From NCBI RefSeq assembly GCF_006345805.1, contig NC_043024.1:3968001-4032000 (forward strand): 64,000 bases of DNA, in the 5' to 3' direction. The DNA comes from Octopus sinensis (Eukaryota). The notes under the pieces are model-generated. The model was not told where the DNA came from and ran no database searches. It saw nothing but the letters and a program-made list of their open reading frames with translations. The position numbers and the translations under genes were made by a program. Shown piece after piece: positions 27,449 to 42,900 of the stretch. Positions within the stretch are counted from its first letter, which is position 1. Each line of letters begins with the position of its first letter.

Positions 27449-30400
27449 GTATGTATGTGTGTGTGTGTCTGTGTTTGTCTCCCCCCACCAACATTGCTTG
27501 ACAACTGATGCTGGTGTGTTTACATCCCCGTAAGTTAGCAGTTCAGCAAAAGAGACTGATAGAATAAGTACTAGGCTTACAAAGAATAAGCTCTAGGGTC
27601 GATTTGCTTGACTAAAGGCAGTGCTCCAGCATGACCGCAGTCAAATAACTGAAACAAGTAAAAGAGCAAAGAGATGTATATATATATATATATATATACA
27701 TATATATTTCTTAATTGCCCACAAGGGGCTAAACATAGAGGGGACAAACAAGGACAGACAAAGGGATTAAGTCGATTACATCAACCCCAGTGCGTAACTG
27801 GTACTTATTTAATCGACCCCGAAAGGATGAAAGGTAAAGTTGACCTCGGCGGAATTTGAACTCAGAACGTAACGACAGACGAAATACCTCTAAGCATTTC
27901 ACCCGACGCGCTAACGTGTCTGCCAGCTCGCCGCCTTCCATCTAAATATATATATATATATATATATACACAAACACATCCATATATAAGCATTTGTAAT
28001 ATACACAAACACATCCATATATAAGCATTTGTAATATACACAAACACATCCATATATAAGCCTTTGTAATATACACAAACACATCCATATATACATTTGT
28101 AATATACACAAACACATCCATATATAGCATTGGTATATACACAAACACATCCATATAAAGCATTTGTAATATACACAAACACATCCATATATAAGCATTT
28201 GTAATATACACAACACATCCATATATAAGCATTTGTAATATACACAACACATCCATATATAAGCATTTGTAATATACACAAACACATCCATATATAAGCA
28301 TTTGTAATATACACAAACACATCCATATATAAGCATTTGTAATATACACAAACACATCCATATATAAGCATTTGTAATATACACAAACACATCCATATAT
28401 AAGCATTTGTAATATACACAAACACATCCATATATAAGCCTTTGTAATACACAAACACATCCATATATAAGCATTTGTAATACACAAACACTCCATATAT
28501 AAGCATTTGTAATATACACAACACATCCATATATAAGCATTTGTAATATACACAAACAAATCCATATATAAGCATTGTAATATACACAAACACATCCATA
28601 TATAAGCCTTTGTAATATACACAAACACATCCATATATAAGCATTTGTAATATACACAAACACATCCATATATAAGCATTTGTAATATACACAAACACAT
28701 CCATATATAAGCATTTGTAATATACACAAACACATCCATATATAAGCATTTGTAATATACACAAACACATCCATATATAAGCCTTTGTAATATACACAAA
28801 CATCATCCATATAGCATTGTAATATACACAAACACATCCATATATAAGCATTGTAATATACACAAACACATCCATATATAAGCATTTGTAATATACACAA
28901 ACACATCCATATATAAGCATTTGTAATATACACAAACACATCCATATATAAGCCTTTGTAATATACACAAACACATCCATATATAAGCATTTGTAATATA
29001 CACAAACACATCCATATATAAGCCTTTGTAATATACACAACACATCCATATATAAGCATTGTTATATACACAAACACATCCATATATAAGCCTTTGTAAT
29101 ATACACAAACACATCCATAATAAGCCTTTGTAATATACACAAACACATCCATATATAAGCATTTGTAATATACACAAACACATCCATATATAAGCATTTG
29201 TAATATACACAAACACATCCATATATAAGCCTTTGTAATATACACAAACACATCCATATATAAGCCTTTGTAATATACACAAACACATCCATATATAAGC
29301 ATTTGTAATATACACAAACACATCCATATATAAGCATTTGTAATATACACAAACACATCCATATATAAGCATTTGTAATATACACAAACACATCCATATA
29401 TAAGCCTTTGTAATATACACAAACACATCCATATATAAGCATTTGTAATATACACAAACACATCCATATATAAGCCTTTGTAATATACACAAACACATCC
29501 ATATATAAGCCTTTGTAATATACACAAACACATCCATATATAAGCATTTGTAATATACACAAACACATCCATATATAAGCCTTGTAATATACACAAACAC
29601 ATCCATATATATAAGCCTTGTAATATACACAACACACATCCATATATAAGCCTTTGTAATATACACAAACACATCCATATATAAGCATTTGTAATATACA
29701 CAAACACATCCATATATAAGCATTTGTAATATACACAAACACATCCATATATAAGCATGTAATATACACAAACACATCCATATATAGCCTTTGTAATATA
29801 CACAAACACATCCATATATAAGCATTTGTAATATACACAAACACATCCATATATAAGCTTTGTAATATACACAAACCCATCCATATATAAGCATTTGTAA
29901 TATACACAAACACATCCATATATAAGCATTTGTATATACACAAAACAATACACCATATAAGCATTTGTAATATACACAACTAAACACATAACACACAAAC
30001 AATATATAAGCCTTTGTAATATACACAAACACATCCATATATAAGCATTTGTAATATACACAAACACATCCATATATAAGCCTTTGTAATATACACAAAC
30101 ACATCCATATATAAGCCTTTGTAATATACACAAACACATCCATATATAAGCTTTGTAATATACACAAACACATCCATATATAAGCATTTGTAATAACACA
30201 AACACATCCATATATAAGCATTTGTAATATACACAAACACATCCATATATAAGCCTTTGTAATATACACAACACATCCATATATAAGCATTTGTAATAAC
30301 ACAAACACATCCATATATAAGCATTTGTAATATACACAAACACATCCATATATAAGCTTTGTAATATACACAAACACATCCATATATAAGCCTTTGTAAT

Positions 30401-33400
30401 ATACACAAACACATCCATATATAAGCATTTGTAATATACACAACACATCCATCTATATAAGCATTTGTAATATACACAACCACATCCATATATAAGCCTT
30501 GTAATATACACAAACACATCCATTATAAGCCTTTGTAATATACACAAACACATCCATATATAAGCATTTGTAATATACACAAACACATCCATATATAAGC
30601 CTTTGTAATATACACAAACACATCCATATATAAGCCTTTGTAATATACACAAACACATCCATATATAAGCATTTGTAATATACACAAACACATCCATATA
30701 TAAGCCTTTGTAATATACACAAACACATCCATATATAAGCCTTTGTAATATACACAAACACATCCATATAAACATTTGTAATATACACAAACACATCCAT
30801 ATATAAGCCTTTGTAATATACACAAACACATCCATATATAAGCCTTTGTAATATACACAAACACATCCATATATAAGCATTTGTAATATACACAAACACA
30901 TCCATATATAAGCCTTTGTAATTACACAAACACATCCATATATAAGCCTTTGTAATATACACAAACACCCATATATAAGCATTTGTAATATACACAAACA
31001 CATCCATATATAAGCCTTTGTAATATACACAAACACATCCATATATAAGCCTTTGTAATATACACAAAACAATCCATATATAAGCATTTGTAATATACAC
31101 AACACATCCATATATAAGCCTTTGTAATATACACAAACACATCCATATATAAGCCTTTGTAATATACACAAACCACATCCATATATAAGCCTTGTAATAT
31201 ACACAACACACATCCATATAAGCATTTGTAATATACACAAACACATCCATATATAAGCCTTTGTAATATACACAAACACACATCATATATAAGCATTTGT
31301 AATATACAAAACACATCCATATATAAGCATTGTTTTATACATACACACAAACACATCCATATATAAGCATTTGTAATATACACAAACACATCCATATATA
31401 AGCCTTTGTAATATACACAAACACATCCATATATAAGCATTTGTAATATACACAAACACATCCATATATAAGCCTTTGTAATATACACAAACACATCCAT
31501 ATAAGCCTTGTAATATACACAAACACATCCATATATAAGCCTTTGTAATATACACAAACACATCCATATATAAGCCTTTGTAATATACACAAACACATCC
31601 ATATATAAGCCTTTGTAATATACACAAACACATCCATATATAAGCCTTTGTAATATACACAAACACATCCATATATAAGCCTTTGTAATATACACAAACA
31701 CATCCATATATATAAGCTTTGTAATATACACAAACCATCCATATATAAGCATTTGTAATATACACAACACATCCATATATAAGCCTTTGTAATATACACA
31801 AACACATCCTATATAAGCCTTTGTAATATACACAACACATCCATATATAAGCTTTGTAATATACCACAACACATCCATATATAAGCTTTGTAATATACAC
31901 AAACACATCCATATATAAGCCTTTGTAATATACACAAACACATCCATATATAAGCCTTTGTAATATACACAAACACATCCATATATAAGCATTTGTAATA
32001 TACACAAACACATCCATATATAAGCCTTTGTAATATACACAAACACATCCATATATAAGCATTTGTAATATACACAAACACATCCATATATAAGCCTTGT
32101 AATATACACAAACACATCCATATATAAGCATTTGTAATATACACAAACACATCCATATATAAGCATTTGTAATATACACAAACACATCCATATATAAGCA
32201 TTTGTAATATACACAAACACATCCATATATAAGCATTTGTAATATACACAAACACATCCATATATAAGCCTTTGTAATATACACAAACACATCCATATAT
32301 AAGCATTTGTAATATACACAAACACATCCATATATAAGCCTTTGTAATATACACAAACACATCCATATATAAGCCTTTGTAATATACACAAACACATCCA
32401 TATATAAGCATTTGTAATATACACAAACACATCCATATATAAGCCTTTGTAATATACACAAACACATCCATATATAAGCCTTTGTAATATACACAAACAC
32501 ATCCATATATAAGCCTTTGTAATATACACAAACACATCCATATATAAGCATTTGTAATATACACAAACACATCCATATATAAGCCTTTGTAATATACACA
32601 AACACATCCATATATAAGCATTTGTAATATACACAAACACATCCATATATAAGCCTTTGTAATATACACAAACACATCCATATATAAGCCTTTGTAATAT
32701 ACACAAACACATCCATATATAAGCCTTTGTAATATACACAAACACATCCATATATAAGCCTTTGTAATATACACAAACACATCCATATATAAGCCTTTGT
32801 AATATACACAAACACATCCATATATAAGCCTTTGTAATATACACAAACACATCCATATATAAGCCTTTGTAATAAAACTGGGTCTTTTTTAAAATTCTTT
32901 TTTTAATTTATTTTATTTCATTTTTCTCCATTTTTTTTTTGCGTTTCATTTCTGTTGCAGGGTTCCATTCCGAAATTTGGTTGTTGGACTTCTGTCGCAT
33001 CAGCTGTTGTTGCAGACAGTTGGTTCCATACTTCTGCAGCTGCAGACGAGCACCGAACCAGACAGCGGGGTTAGAAATTGTGCCGACAACAATAACACAA
33101 CTCATTCCTCAACTGAGCAACAACAACAACACCAACAACAGCCACAATCCATGTCATCGCCTTCATCAGCGCCACCATCTGCGACATCATCACCATCTTC
33201 TTCAAATTCTTCATCACCCCTCCCAGGCAAGTACTGAAACGACAAATCATGTTCTACCCCGAATCATGTTCTACCCCCGAATCATATTCTAATATTCTAC
33301 CCGGAATCATATTCTACCCCGAATCATATTCTAATATTCTACCCGGAATCATATTCCACCCCGAATCATGTTCTACCCCGAAATATATTCTACCTTGAAT

Positions 33401-36400
33401 CATGTTCTTCTCTAGAGGGTGTCCCAGAATTAACCCTTACCAATTCTACTTTCAGGAATGCTCCCTTATCTGTCGACCCGCAACGTTGCCAAGGTCCTTG
33501 ACTGTCTCTACATGTCCTACCACATCGCTTGTGATTTTGATTCAAGGCCCGGCTTGAAGTTCCTCATCCAGAAGGTTGCACAAACTGACGTCGCTGCCAA
33601 CCTTTACAAACAGGCTGGGGCCAGTATGGTGTTTTACATCCACACCCTCATTGAAATCTGCTCCAGCGTGAGCCCCCTTCAACTGGACACGACCCGTAAC
33701 CTACTCAAGCAGATGTCCACGTCGTTCCTGAACAACCGGCAAGCCTGCATCACCCGTGCGCAGACCGTGACCAAAGATATCAGCAGCAACGTGGAGATTT
33801 TCCTTTTCCTCTTACAGAGCATTTGTGATGAGTTGTGCCAGACCTACGTCGATATGACCCTTGATGAGGAAACCACGACGTGCGTGGACCGTCTCTCCGA
33901 ACAACCCCTCGTCTTTCTTATTGCCAAACCTGATGAACTCAGTGATATCACTGGATCGACAGAGTCGAAGAAAATGAACAAATCCCCTTCTTTCAAAGGA
34001 TCCCTTTATCATCCAACAACTTCACCCGTCGCAACACAACCGGCCGAAGGTAAGTTTTCCTAATTCCTTAACATTTTTAACTTTCTCCACATCTGAACCA
34101 CTTCATTGTTCATTTGGGGTCATTTGAAGCAACCTATAACCCTTTGGCATTCAGATTATACAAACACTTCATAATTTAATACCTTTCAATGTGATACCTA
34201 CCTATTAAACAGAAATTATTTTTATTTAATGAAAATTTAATAAAATCTGATCATAAGTAAGTGAAATTATGCTAAATACAACTGAATTGAAAACCTTTTT
34301 CCACTGGCCATATTGGCAATTCTGAAAACTTGAGTGCGAATTTTACATGGGAAGAAGCTTTTTTCAGACAAATTTTATCCTGAAAATCACCTGCATGAAT
34401 CACACAGGTATGCTAATTACATGGGGTTTTTTTACGGTAATTGGAGCCGCCTGAAATGGGCGTATTTCATTAATACCTGATATCCTGTTACGTAACCCTA
34501 CCACCGACTTGCTTCCCATTCAGAGGAAAGGTTGCAGCTGTGGTTATTTATACAGCATGGAAGCTGGCTAACGAGTCCTGGGATTCAAAACAGTCATGTC
34601 CTTCTTCCCCCCTCCAAATGTCATCCCTCTGGAATCTCTTCCTTTCTCATGTCTTTCCTGCAGGTGTTGGTCTTTGACAGTTTAAACATGTGGGAAATAG
34701 GGGTCGATGGAATACACCCACCTGGCCCTTGAGCAGCTTTCACAGGGCCCACCCCTGTTGCAGGGATTTAACAGGTCTCTAGTCAAAGGATTGATAATTC
34801 GATATTTGTTAAGTGAGGTTTCTTTCTCCTTTCTTTGCTCTAACCACTAGTCTGGGAAGCCCTTGAAAAAGGGGCATCAAGGACCGGGACTCCTTTTGTT
34901 TCTAACAAAACAGTAAAAAGAAAAATATCAAAACAAACCACATGGTTCTGGGTTCAGTCTCACTGCGTGGCACCTTGGGCAAGTGTCTTCTACTATAGCC
35001 TTGGGCCGACCAACGCCTTCTGAGTGGTTTTGGTAGACGGAAACTGAAAGAAGCCCGTCGTATATATGTATATATGTGTGTGTATGTGTTTTTGTGTCTG
35101 TGTTTGTCCCCCTAGCATTGCTTGACAACCGATGCTGGTGTGTTTACGTCCCCGTAACTTAGCGGTTCGGCAAGAGAGACCGATAGAATAAGTACTAGGC
35201 TTACAAAGAATAAGTCCTGGGGGTCGATTTGCTCGACTAAAGGCGGTGCTCCAGCATGGCCACAATCAAATGACTGGAACAAGTAAAAGAGAGTCTGTAT
35301 CATCATCGTCATTTTAACATCCAATTTTCCATGCTTGCATGGGTCAGACAGACTGTATTGAAGCAAATAATATATAACACACTATATAAATTTGTCTGAC
35401 TAATATACTACCTGAAGCATGAAACTAATGGTAGCTCATATTCAAATCTTGTGTATATTATATATTTATCTCTTGCCAGATAGAGTACATTTTTTATTTA
35501 TTCCTCTGATAATAGAATTGTACATTATTTATATATATATTTATATATATAAAATATGAATTAGAGATAAAACCACTATTATGCAACTCAAACAGTAATA
35601 GACATAAAGAACAAATAATATTTTTTTTTTACTTGTTTGTCATTTTGACTGCGGCCATGCAGGAGCACCGCCTTTAATCGAGCAACTCGACCCCAGGACT
35701 TATTCTTTTGTAAGCCCAGTACTTATTCTATCGGTCTCTTTTGCCGAACCGCTAAGTGACGGGGACATAAACACACCAGCATCGGTTGTCAAGCAATGCT
35801 AGGGGGACACACAAATACACACACGCATATATATATATATATATACATATATATACGACGGGCTTCTTTGAGTTTCCGTCTACCAAATCCACTCACAAGG
35901 CTTTGGTCGGCCCGAGGCTATATTAGAAGACATATGCCCAAGGTGCCATGCAGTGGGACTGAACCCGGAACCATGTGGTTAGTAAACAAGCTACTTACCA
36001 CACAGCCACTCCTATATAATATTTTTTTTTTATAAATATATAACTTATAACTAGATCTCAAAAAGTATAAAATGAATGCTAAATATATAATATAATAAGT
36101 AAAAACACTACCTACATTTATATATATATATATTTATAGATATATAATAATCGAATTTTCAGCCATAGTTGAGTCATCTTACACTCTGTTCTATTTTGGG
36201 AAAAGTTCCAATTGTTAAATTTTCTGTGCATTCACCTGAAGGAAATGCATTTTTTTTGCATAATGTAACACTTTTGTTCATCGATAAAGACCACATCTGA
36301 TACGGTTGTAGTGAAGCGCATCTCATCTTTGTTATTGTTCCATATGTAGAAATATATATGAAAAAGCTGTATATATATATATATATAATATATATATATA

Positions 36401-36875
36401 TATATAAATAGAATTAAAGGTAATACTATTCAACTTCCTAATAATCCTTATTAATATTGCTTTATATATATATACATAAGCGCAGGAGTGGCTGTGTGGT
36501 AATTAGCTTGCTAACCAACCACATAGTTCCGGGTTCAGTCCCACTGCGTGGCACCCTGGGCAAGTGTCTTCTACTATAGCCTCGGGCCGACCAAAGCCTT
36601 GTGAGTGGATTTGGTAGACAGAAACTGAAAGAAGCCCGTTGTGTGTGTGTGTATATATATGACTGTGTGTGTGTGTCTGTGTTTGTCCCCCCAACATCGC
36701 TTGACAACCGATGCTGGTGTGTTTACGTCCCCGTAACTTAGCGGTTCGGCAAAAGACACCGATAGAATAAGTACTAGGCTTACAAAGAATAAGTCCCAGG
36801 GTCGACTTGCTCAACTAAAGGCGGTGCTCCAGCATGGCCACAGTTAAATGACTGAAACAAGTAAAACAGTAAACA

Positions 36876-36914
<39 letters not shown>

Positions 36915-39900
36915 CATAAAATTTAATAAGGGTAGAAATTGATATTAATCAATTAAAACCAGTGGCCTAGCATATTTTTAAAAAATCCAAAGATTAAAAA
37001 ATTTTTTATACATACAAAATTTATAGGACTGACCACTAAAAGTGGACAGTCTATATGCTAGATATAGACATCAAAATCGCTATTTTCCACGAAGAATGTG
37101 TTCTCAAGAAAAAAACTCACATTCGGATAGTACCTTTTACATACCATCAGCATGGGGGCCAGCCAGGGGGCACCAGCCCCATCTATGATGTTGGTTTTAC
37201 TTGACTCAACAGGTCTTCTCAAGCACATCATATCACCCGATGCATCAGATGTATTCTTAACAGGGCTGGACGTGTGTGGCTGTGATCTCACTTTAGTTGC
37301 CAGGTCTTTTTAATCCCAGCATATCTCCAAAGGCCCCGGTCTCCTGTCATTGCGTCTGTGAGGCCCAATGTTTGAAGGTCATGCTTCACCACCTCATCCC
37401 ATGTCTTCCTGGGTCTATCTCTTCCACAGGTTCCTTCAACAGGCGGCGAGCTGGCAGAAACGTTAGCACGCTGGGCGAAATGCGTAGCCGTATTTTGTCT
37501 GCCGTTACGTTCTGAGTTCAAATTCTGCCGAGGTCGACTTTGCCTTTCATCCTTTCGGGGTCGATTAAATAAGTACCAGTTACGCATTGGGGTCGATGTA
37601 ATCGACTTAATCCGTTTGTCTGTCCTTGTTTGTCCCCTCTGTGTTTAGCCCCTTGTGGGTAGTAAAGAAATAGGTATTTCGTCTGCCGCTACGTTCTGAG
37701 TTCAAATTCCGCCGAGGTCAACTTTGCCTTTCACCCTTTCGGCATCGATTAAATAAGTACCAGTTATGCACTGGGGTCGATGTAATCGACTTAATCTGTT
37801 TGTCTGTCCTTGTTTGTCCTCTCCGTGTTTAGCCCCTTGTGGGTAGTAAAGAAATAGGTTCTTTCAACAGTTAGGGAGTGACCCTTCTTCACACAGCTGT
37901 CCTCATTCATATGTAACACATGGCCATACCAGCACAGTCACCTCTCTTGCACACCACATTTGACGCTTCTTATACCCAACTTTTCTCTCAGGGTGCTTAA
38001 ATCATTTGTACAGGTCATTCAGTAAAAAATATGGACACTCACATGTTATCTTTGACGGGAGAGCCCGTCATATATGTACTTGTGTGTTTTTATGTACAGA
38101 CATTTGTAAACATGTATCATACCTTGTTGTGTTTCAGCACCCTTTGGTAGCGACAGCAAGACCGCAGCAACCCGGGACGACCCCATCTCACCGTCGAAAA
38201 GCACAAGCGAAGAAGATAAAGATCATCCAGATGTGACCAACACGCTGAAAAGCAAAAAAGAGAAGCGAGCCGAGAGGGAAGGGCGTGTTTACACTGTTGC
38301 CACGGATAAGTTTATCAAGAATCTCATGACGGAATATAAGAAGCGAAAGCAGCAACATTCGATGCCAGCTTTTGTGAAAGCGACGAAAGTGGACCAGAGT
38401 AAGCACTCAGAAGCCACTGTGCCACCGACGCCACGGGAACCCGTGGCGCAGGAGATCGAGAAACAGCAGAAGTTTTCAATCATGAAAGTAAGATTCGTAC
38501 TTATATTTCATCTTCATATATTTTTGGTAAAGTTGTTTATTTTTATTACTCTTTTACTTGTTTCAGTCATTTGACTGCGGCCATGCTGGAGCACCGCCTT
38601 TAATCGAGCAACTCGACCCCGGGACTTATTCTTTGTAAGCTCAGTACTTATTCTATCGGTCTCTTTTGCCGAACCGTTAAGTAACGGGGACATAAACACA
38701 CCAGCATCGGTTGTCAAGCAATGCTAGGGGAACAAACACAGACACACAAACGCACACACACACACACACACATATATATATACATATATACGACAGGCTT
38801 CTTTCAGTTTCCGTCTACCAAATCCACTCACAAGGTGTTGGTCGGCCCGAGGCTATAGTAGAAGACACTTGCCCAAGGTGCCGCGCAGTGGGACTGAATC
38901 TGGAACCATGTAGTTGGTAAGCAAGCTACTTACCACACAGCCACTCCTGCGCCTATTATTATTTTTTTTTTTGTTAATCCCATGTTAATCTCAATCCAGC
39001 TGTCCTGTGATCAGAAGTGTTCCGGTCATGACCATCACAAATGCAGACATGCTTGTTGTGTGGTAAGAGTTTTACTGACCCAACCACACGGTTCCAGGTT
39101 CAGTCCTACGTGGCACCTTGGGAAAGTGTCTTCTACTATAACTCTGGGCCGACAAAAGCTTTGTGAGTGGATTTGGTAGATGGAAACTGAAAGAAGCCCA
39201 TCCTATACATGTGTGTGTGTGTATCAATTAAAGGAGTTGCTTGAAACAGCTGTAATGAATTGACACCTGTACATCTTCGTTACTCGTGTGTGTGTATGTA
39301 TGTGTGTGTGTGTATGTATGTGTGTGTGTGTGTGTTTTGTTACATCCCCATAACTTAGTGGTTTGACAAAACATCATCATCATCGTTTAACATCCATTTT
39401 CCATGCTAGCATGGGTTAGACGGTTCAACTGGGGTCTGGGAAGCCAGAAGGCTGCACCAGGCCCAGTCTGATCTGGCAGTGTTTCTACAGCTGGATGCCC
39501 TTCCTAACGCCACCACTCCCAGAGTGTAGTGGGTGCTTATTACGTGCCACCTGCGCAGGTGCCAGACGAGGCTGGCAAACGGCCACGATCGGATGGTGCT
39601 TTTTACGTGCCACCGGCACGGGGGCGAGGCGGGGCTGGCAAGCGGCCACGATCGGATGGTACTTTTACGTACCACCGGCACAGGGGCCAGGTGAGGCTGG
39701 CAAACGGCCATGATCTGATGGTCCTCTTATGTGCCACCGGCACGGGGGCCAGGCGAGGCTGGCAACGGCCACATTCGGATAGTTCTCTTACATGCCACCA
39801 GCACTGGTATCACACTGAAAGAAAATGTACTGGAGTCAGTTTATTTGACTAAAATCTCTTCAAGGTAATGCTCCAGTATGGCCACAGTCAAATGGCTGAA

Positions 39901-42900
39901 ACAAGTGAAAAGATAAGATAAAAGGCACAGTCTATCTATGATTACATTATCTAATGTACCGAATAATTAGTACTATTGGCTACAGTTGTTGTTTAACCCA
40001 GGTCACTCAGTCCTGGTCCAACATACATGTGATCAAAGGTGTTCCAGCCATGACCAGCCCATCCTTTATCTATACATCGTGTATCTAAGACTACAATATC
40101 TAATGTATAACGTCTGTCTTTTACATTCTGAGTTCAAATTCCACTGAGGTCGACTTTGGCATTGATAAATTAAGTACCGGTTGTGTACCGGGGTTGATCT
40201 AATCGATTGGCCCCACTCACTAAAATTTCTGGCCTTGTGCCCAAAGTAGAAAACTATTCTGACATCACTGCTCACTTTCATATCTAAAAATATTTTCATT
40301 GCCCAATAAAGGTATTGTTTTGTTATTTGTACATTAATTAGACACCATATTCCATACATTAGTTTCGTATTTTATCATTAATTTCAATTTAACTTCATCG
40401 TTGGAATGTGCCGGTGGCACGTAAAAAGCACCAACCAATCGTGGCCGCTGCCAGACTCCCCTGGCACCTGTGCCAGTGGCACGTAAAAAGCACCAACCGA
40501 TCGTGGCCGCTGCTAGACTCCCCTGGCACCTGTGCCGGTGGCACGTAACAAGCACCAACCGATCGTGGCCGCTGCTAGACTCCCCTGGCACCTGTGCCGG
40601 TGGCACGTAACAAGCACCAACCGATCGTGGCCGCTGCCAGGCACCTCTGGCACGTAAAAAGCACCGACTACACTCACGGAGTGGTTGGCGTTAGGAAGGG
40701 CATCCAGCGCTAGAAACATTGTTAGATCAGACTGGAGCCTGGTGCAGCCTCCTGGCTCCCCAGACCCCGGTCGAACCGTCCAACCCATGCTAGCACAGAA
40801 AACGGACGTTAAACAACGATGATGATGATTATCCTGTCATAGAGACAGCCTCGTATTTGTTTATGAGACGACTGCTTGAAACTGAATTTTTTTACGAACA
40901 CCAGTATAATACAAAATGCTGTGTGTGACTCCTATCTGAGTATGTACCTTAAGAATGTAAAGATATAAAATAAAGCTGCGTAGGCTTATAGGCTGACTCA
41001 CAACGGAATCGACTCACGGCCGGATCAATTTACTGTCAGTCAAAACCAATCGTGGTTGTAACTTGAAGATGACCTATATATATAAAGTTATAAATAACGA
41101 AAGGGATATACCATGATAAGATTAATTTAACCACTGGAAATTCTTATTTAATGACAATTGTTTTGCAGCTTAATAAAACATGTAGGCGCGGGCATGGCTG
41201 TGTGGTTAGGGAGCTTGCTTCCTGGCTACATGGTTTCGGGTTCAGTTCCACTGCGTGGCACTTTGGGTAGGTGTCCTCCACTATAGCCCCGAGCCGACCG
41301 GAGCTTTGTGATTGAATTCGGTAGGTGGAAGTTACTGCCGTGTGTGTATGTGTGCGTATAGCTGCTCAGTGCCTCTCCGAAAGAGAGAGAGGGTATAGAT
41401 AATTTATTTTATTATACGTAAATTACTTACATGTCTGTATTAATACAAATGGCGAACTGGCAGAAACGTTCGCGCGCCAGGTGAAATGCGTAGCCGTATT
41501 TCGTCTGCCGTTACATACTGAATTCAAATTCCCCCGAGGTCGACTTTGCCTTTCATCCTTTCGGGGTCGATTAAATAAGTACCAGTTACGCACTGGGGTC
41601 GATGTAATCAACTTAATACCTATGTCTGTCCTTGTTTGTCCCCTCTGTGTTTAGCCCCTTGTGGGTAGTAAAGAAATAGGTATTTCGTCTGCCGTTACAT
41701 ACTGAATTCAAATTCCCCCGAGGTCGACTTTGCCTTTCATCCTTTCGGGGTCGATTAAATAAGTACCAGTTACGCACTGGGGTCGATGTAATCAACTTAA
41801 TACCTATGTCTGTCCTTGTTTGTCCCCTCTGTGTTTAGCCCCTTGTGGGTAGTAAAGAATAGGTATTTCGTCTGCCGTTACATACTGAATTCAAATTCCC
41901 CCGAGGTCGACTTTGCCTTTCATCCTTTCGGGGTCGATTAAATAAGTACCAGTTACGCACTGGGGTCGATGTAATCAACTTAATACCTATGTCTGTCTTG
42001 TTTGTCCCCTCTGTGTTTAGCCCCTTGTGGGTAGTAAAGAAATAGGTATTTCGTCTGCCGTTACATACTGAATTCAAATTCCCCCGAGGTCGACTTTGCC
42101 TTTCATCATCCTTTCGGGGTCGATTAAATAAGTACCAGTTACGCACTGGGGTCGATGTAATCAACTTAATACCTATGTCTGTCCTTGTTTGTCCCCTCTG
42201 TGTTTAGCCCCTTGTGGGTAGTAAAGAAATAGGTATTTCGTCTGCCGTTACATACTGAATTCAAATTCCCCCGAGGTCGACTTTGCCTTTCATCCTTTCG
42301 GGGTCGATTAAATAAGTACCAGTTACGCACTGGGGTCGATGTAATCAACTTAATACCTATGTCTGTCCTTGTTTGTCCCCTCTGTGTTTAGCCCCTTGTG
42401 GGTAGTAAAGAAATAGGTATTTCGTCTGCCGTTACATACTGAATTCAAATTCCCCCGAGGTCGACTTTGCCTTTCATCCTTTCGGGGTCGATTAAATAAG
42501 TACCAGTTATGCACTGGGGTCGATGTAATCAACTTAATACCTATGTCTGTCCTTGTTTGTCCCCTCTGTGTTTAGCCCCTTGTGGGTAGTAAAGAAATAG
42601 GTATTTCGTCTGCCGTTACATACTGAATTCAAATTCCCCCGAGGTCGACTTTGCCGTTCATCCTTTCGGGGTCAATTAAATAAGTACCAGTTACGCACTG
42701 GGGTCGATGTAATCGACTTAATCTGTGTGTCTGTCCTTGTGTGTCCCCTCTGTGTTTAGCCCCTTGTGGGTAGTAAAGAAATAGGTATTTCATCTGCTGT
42801 TACGTTCTGAGTTCAAATTCCGCCGAGGTCGACTTTGCCTTTCATCCTTTCGGGGTCGATTAAATAAGTACCAGTTACGCACTGGGGTCGATGTAATCTA

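Noticed and set aside
27862-32856. Very long minus-strand ORFs (up to 1122 aa)
   Set aside because: They are translations of a stop-free 35-bp satellite, with the same peptide cycling through all frames
34430-34900. Unique, relatively GC-rich intronic stretch, possibly a LINE 5' UTR
   Set aside because: No diagnostic ORF, termini or second copy visible; cannot be assigned without a search
35405-35440. cctgaagcatgaaac as a collapsed hammerhead remnant
   Set aside because: The core is incomplete and there are no stems; too little evidence
36150-36360. Possible exon or transposase fragment
   Set aside because: No recognisable motif, and the flanking BIG3 exons join in frame without it
40985-41070. 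TGACTCA and CCAAT motifs as an intronic promoter or enhancer
   Set aside because: Short motifs expected by chance, with no supporting context
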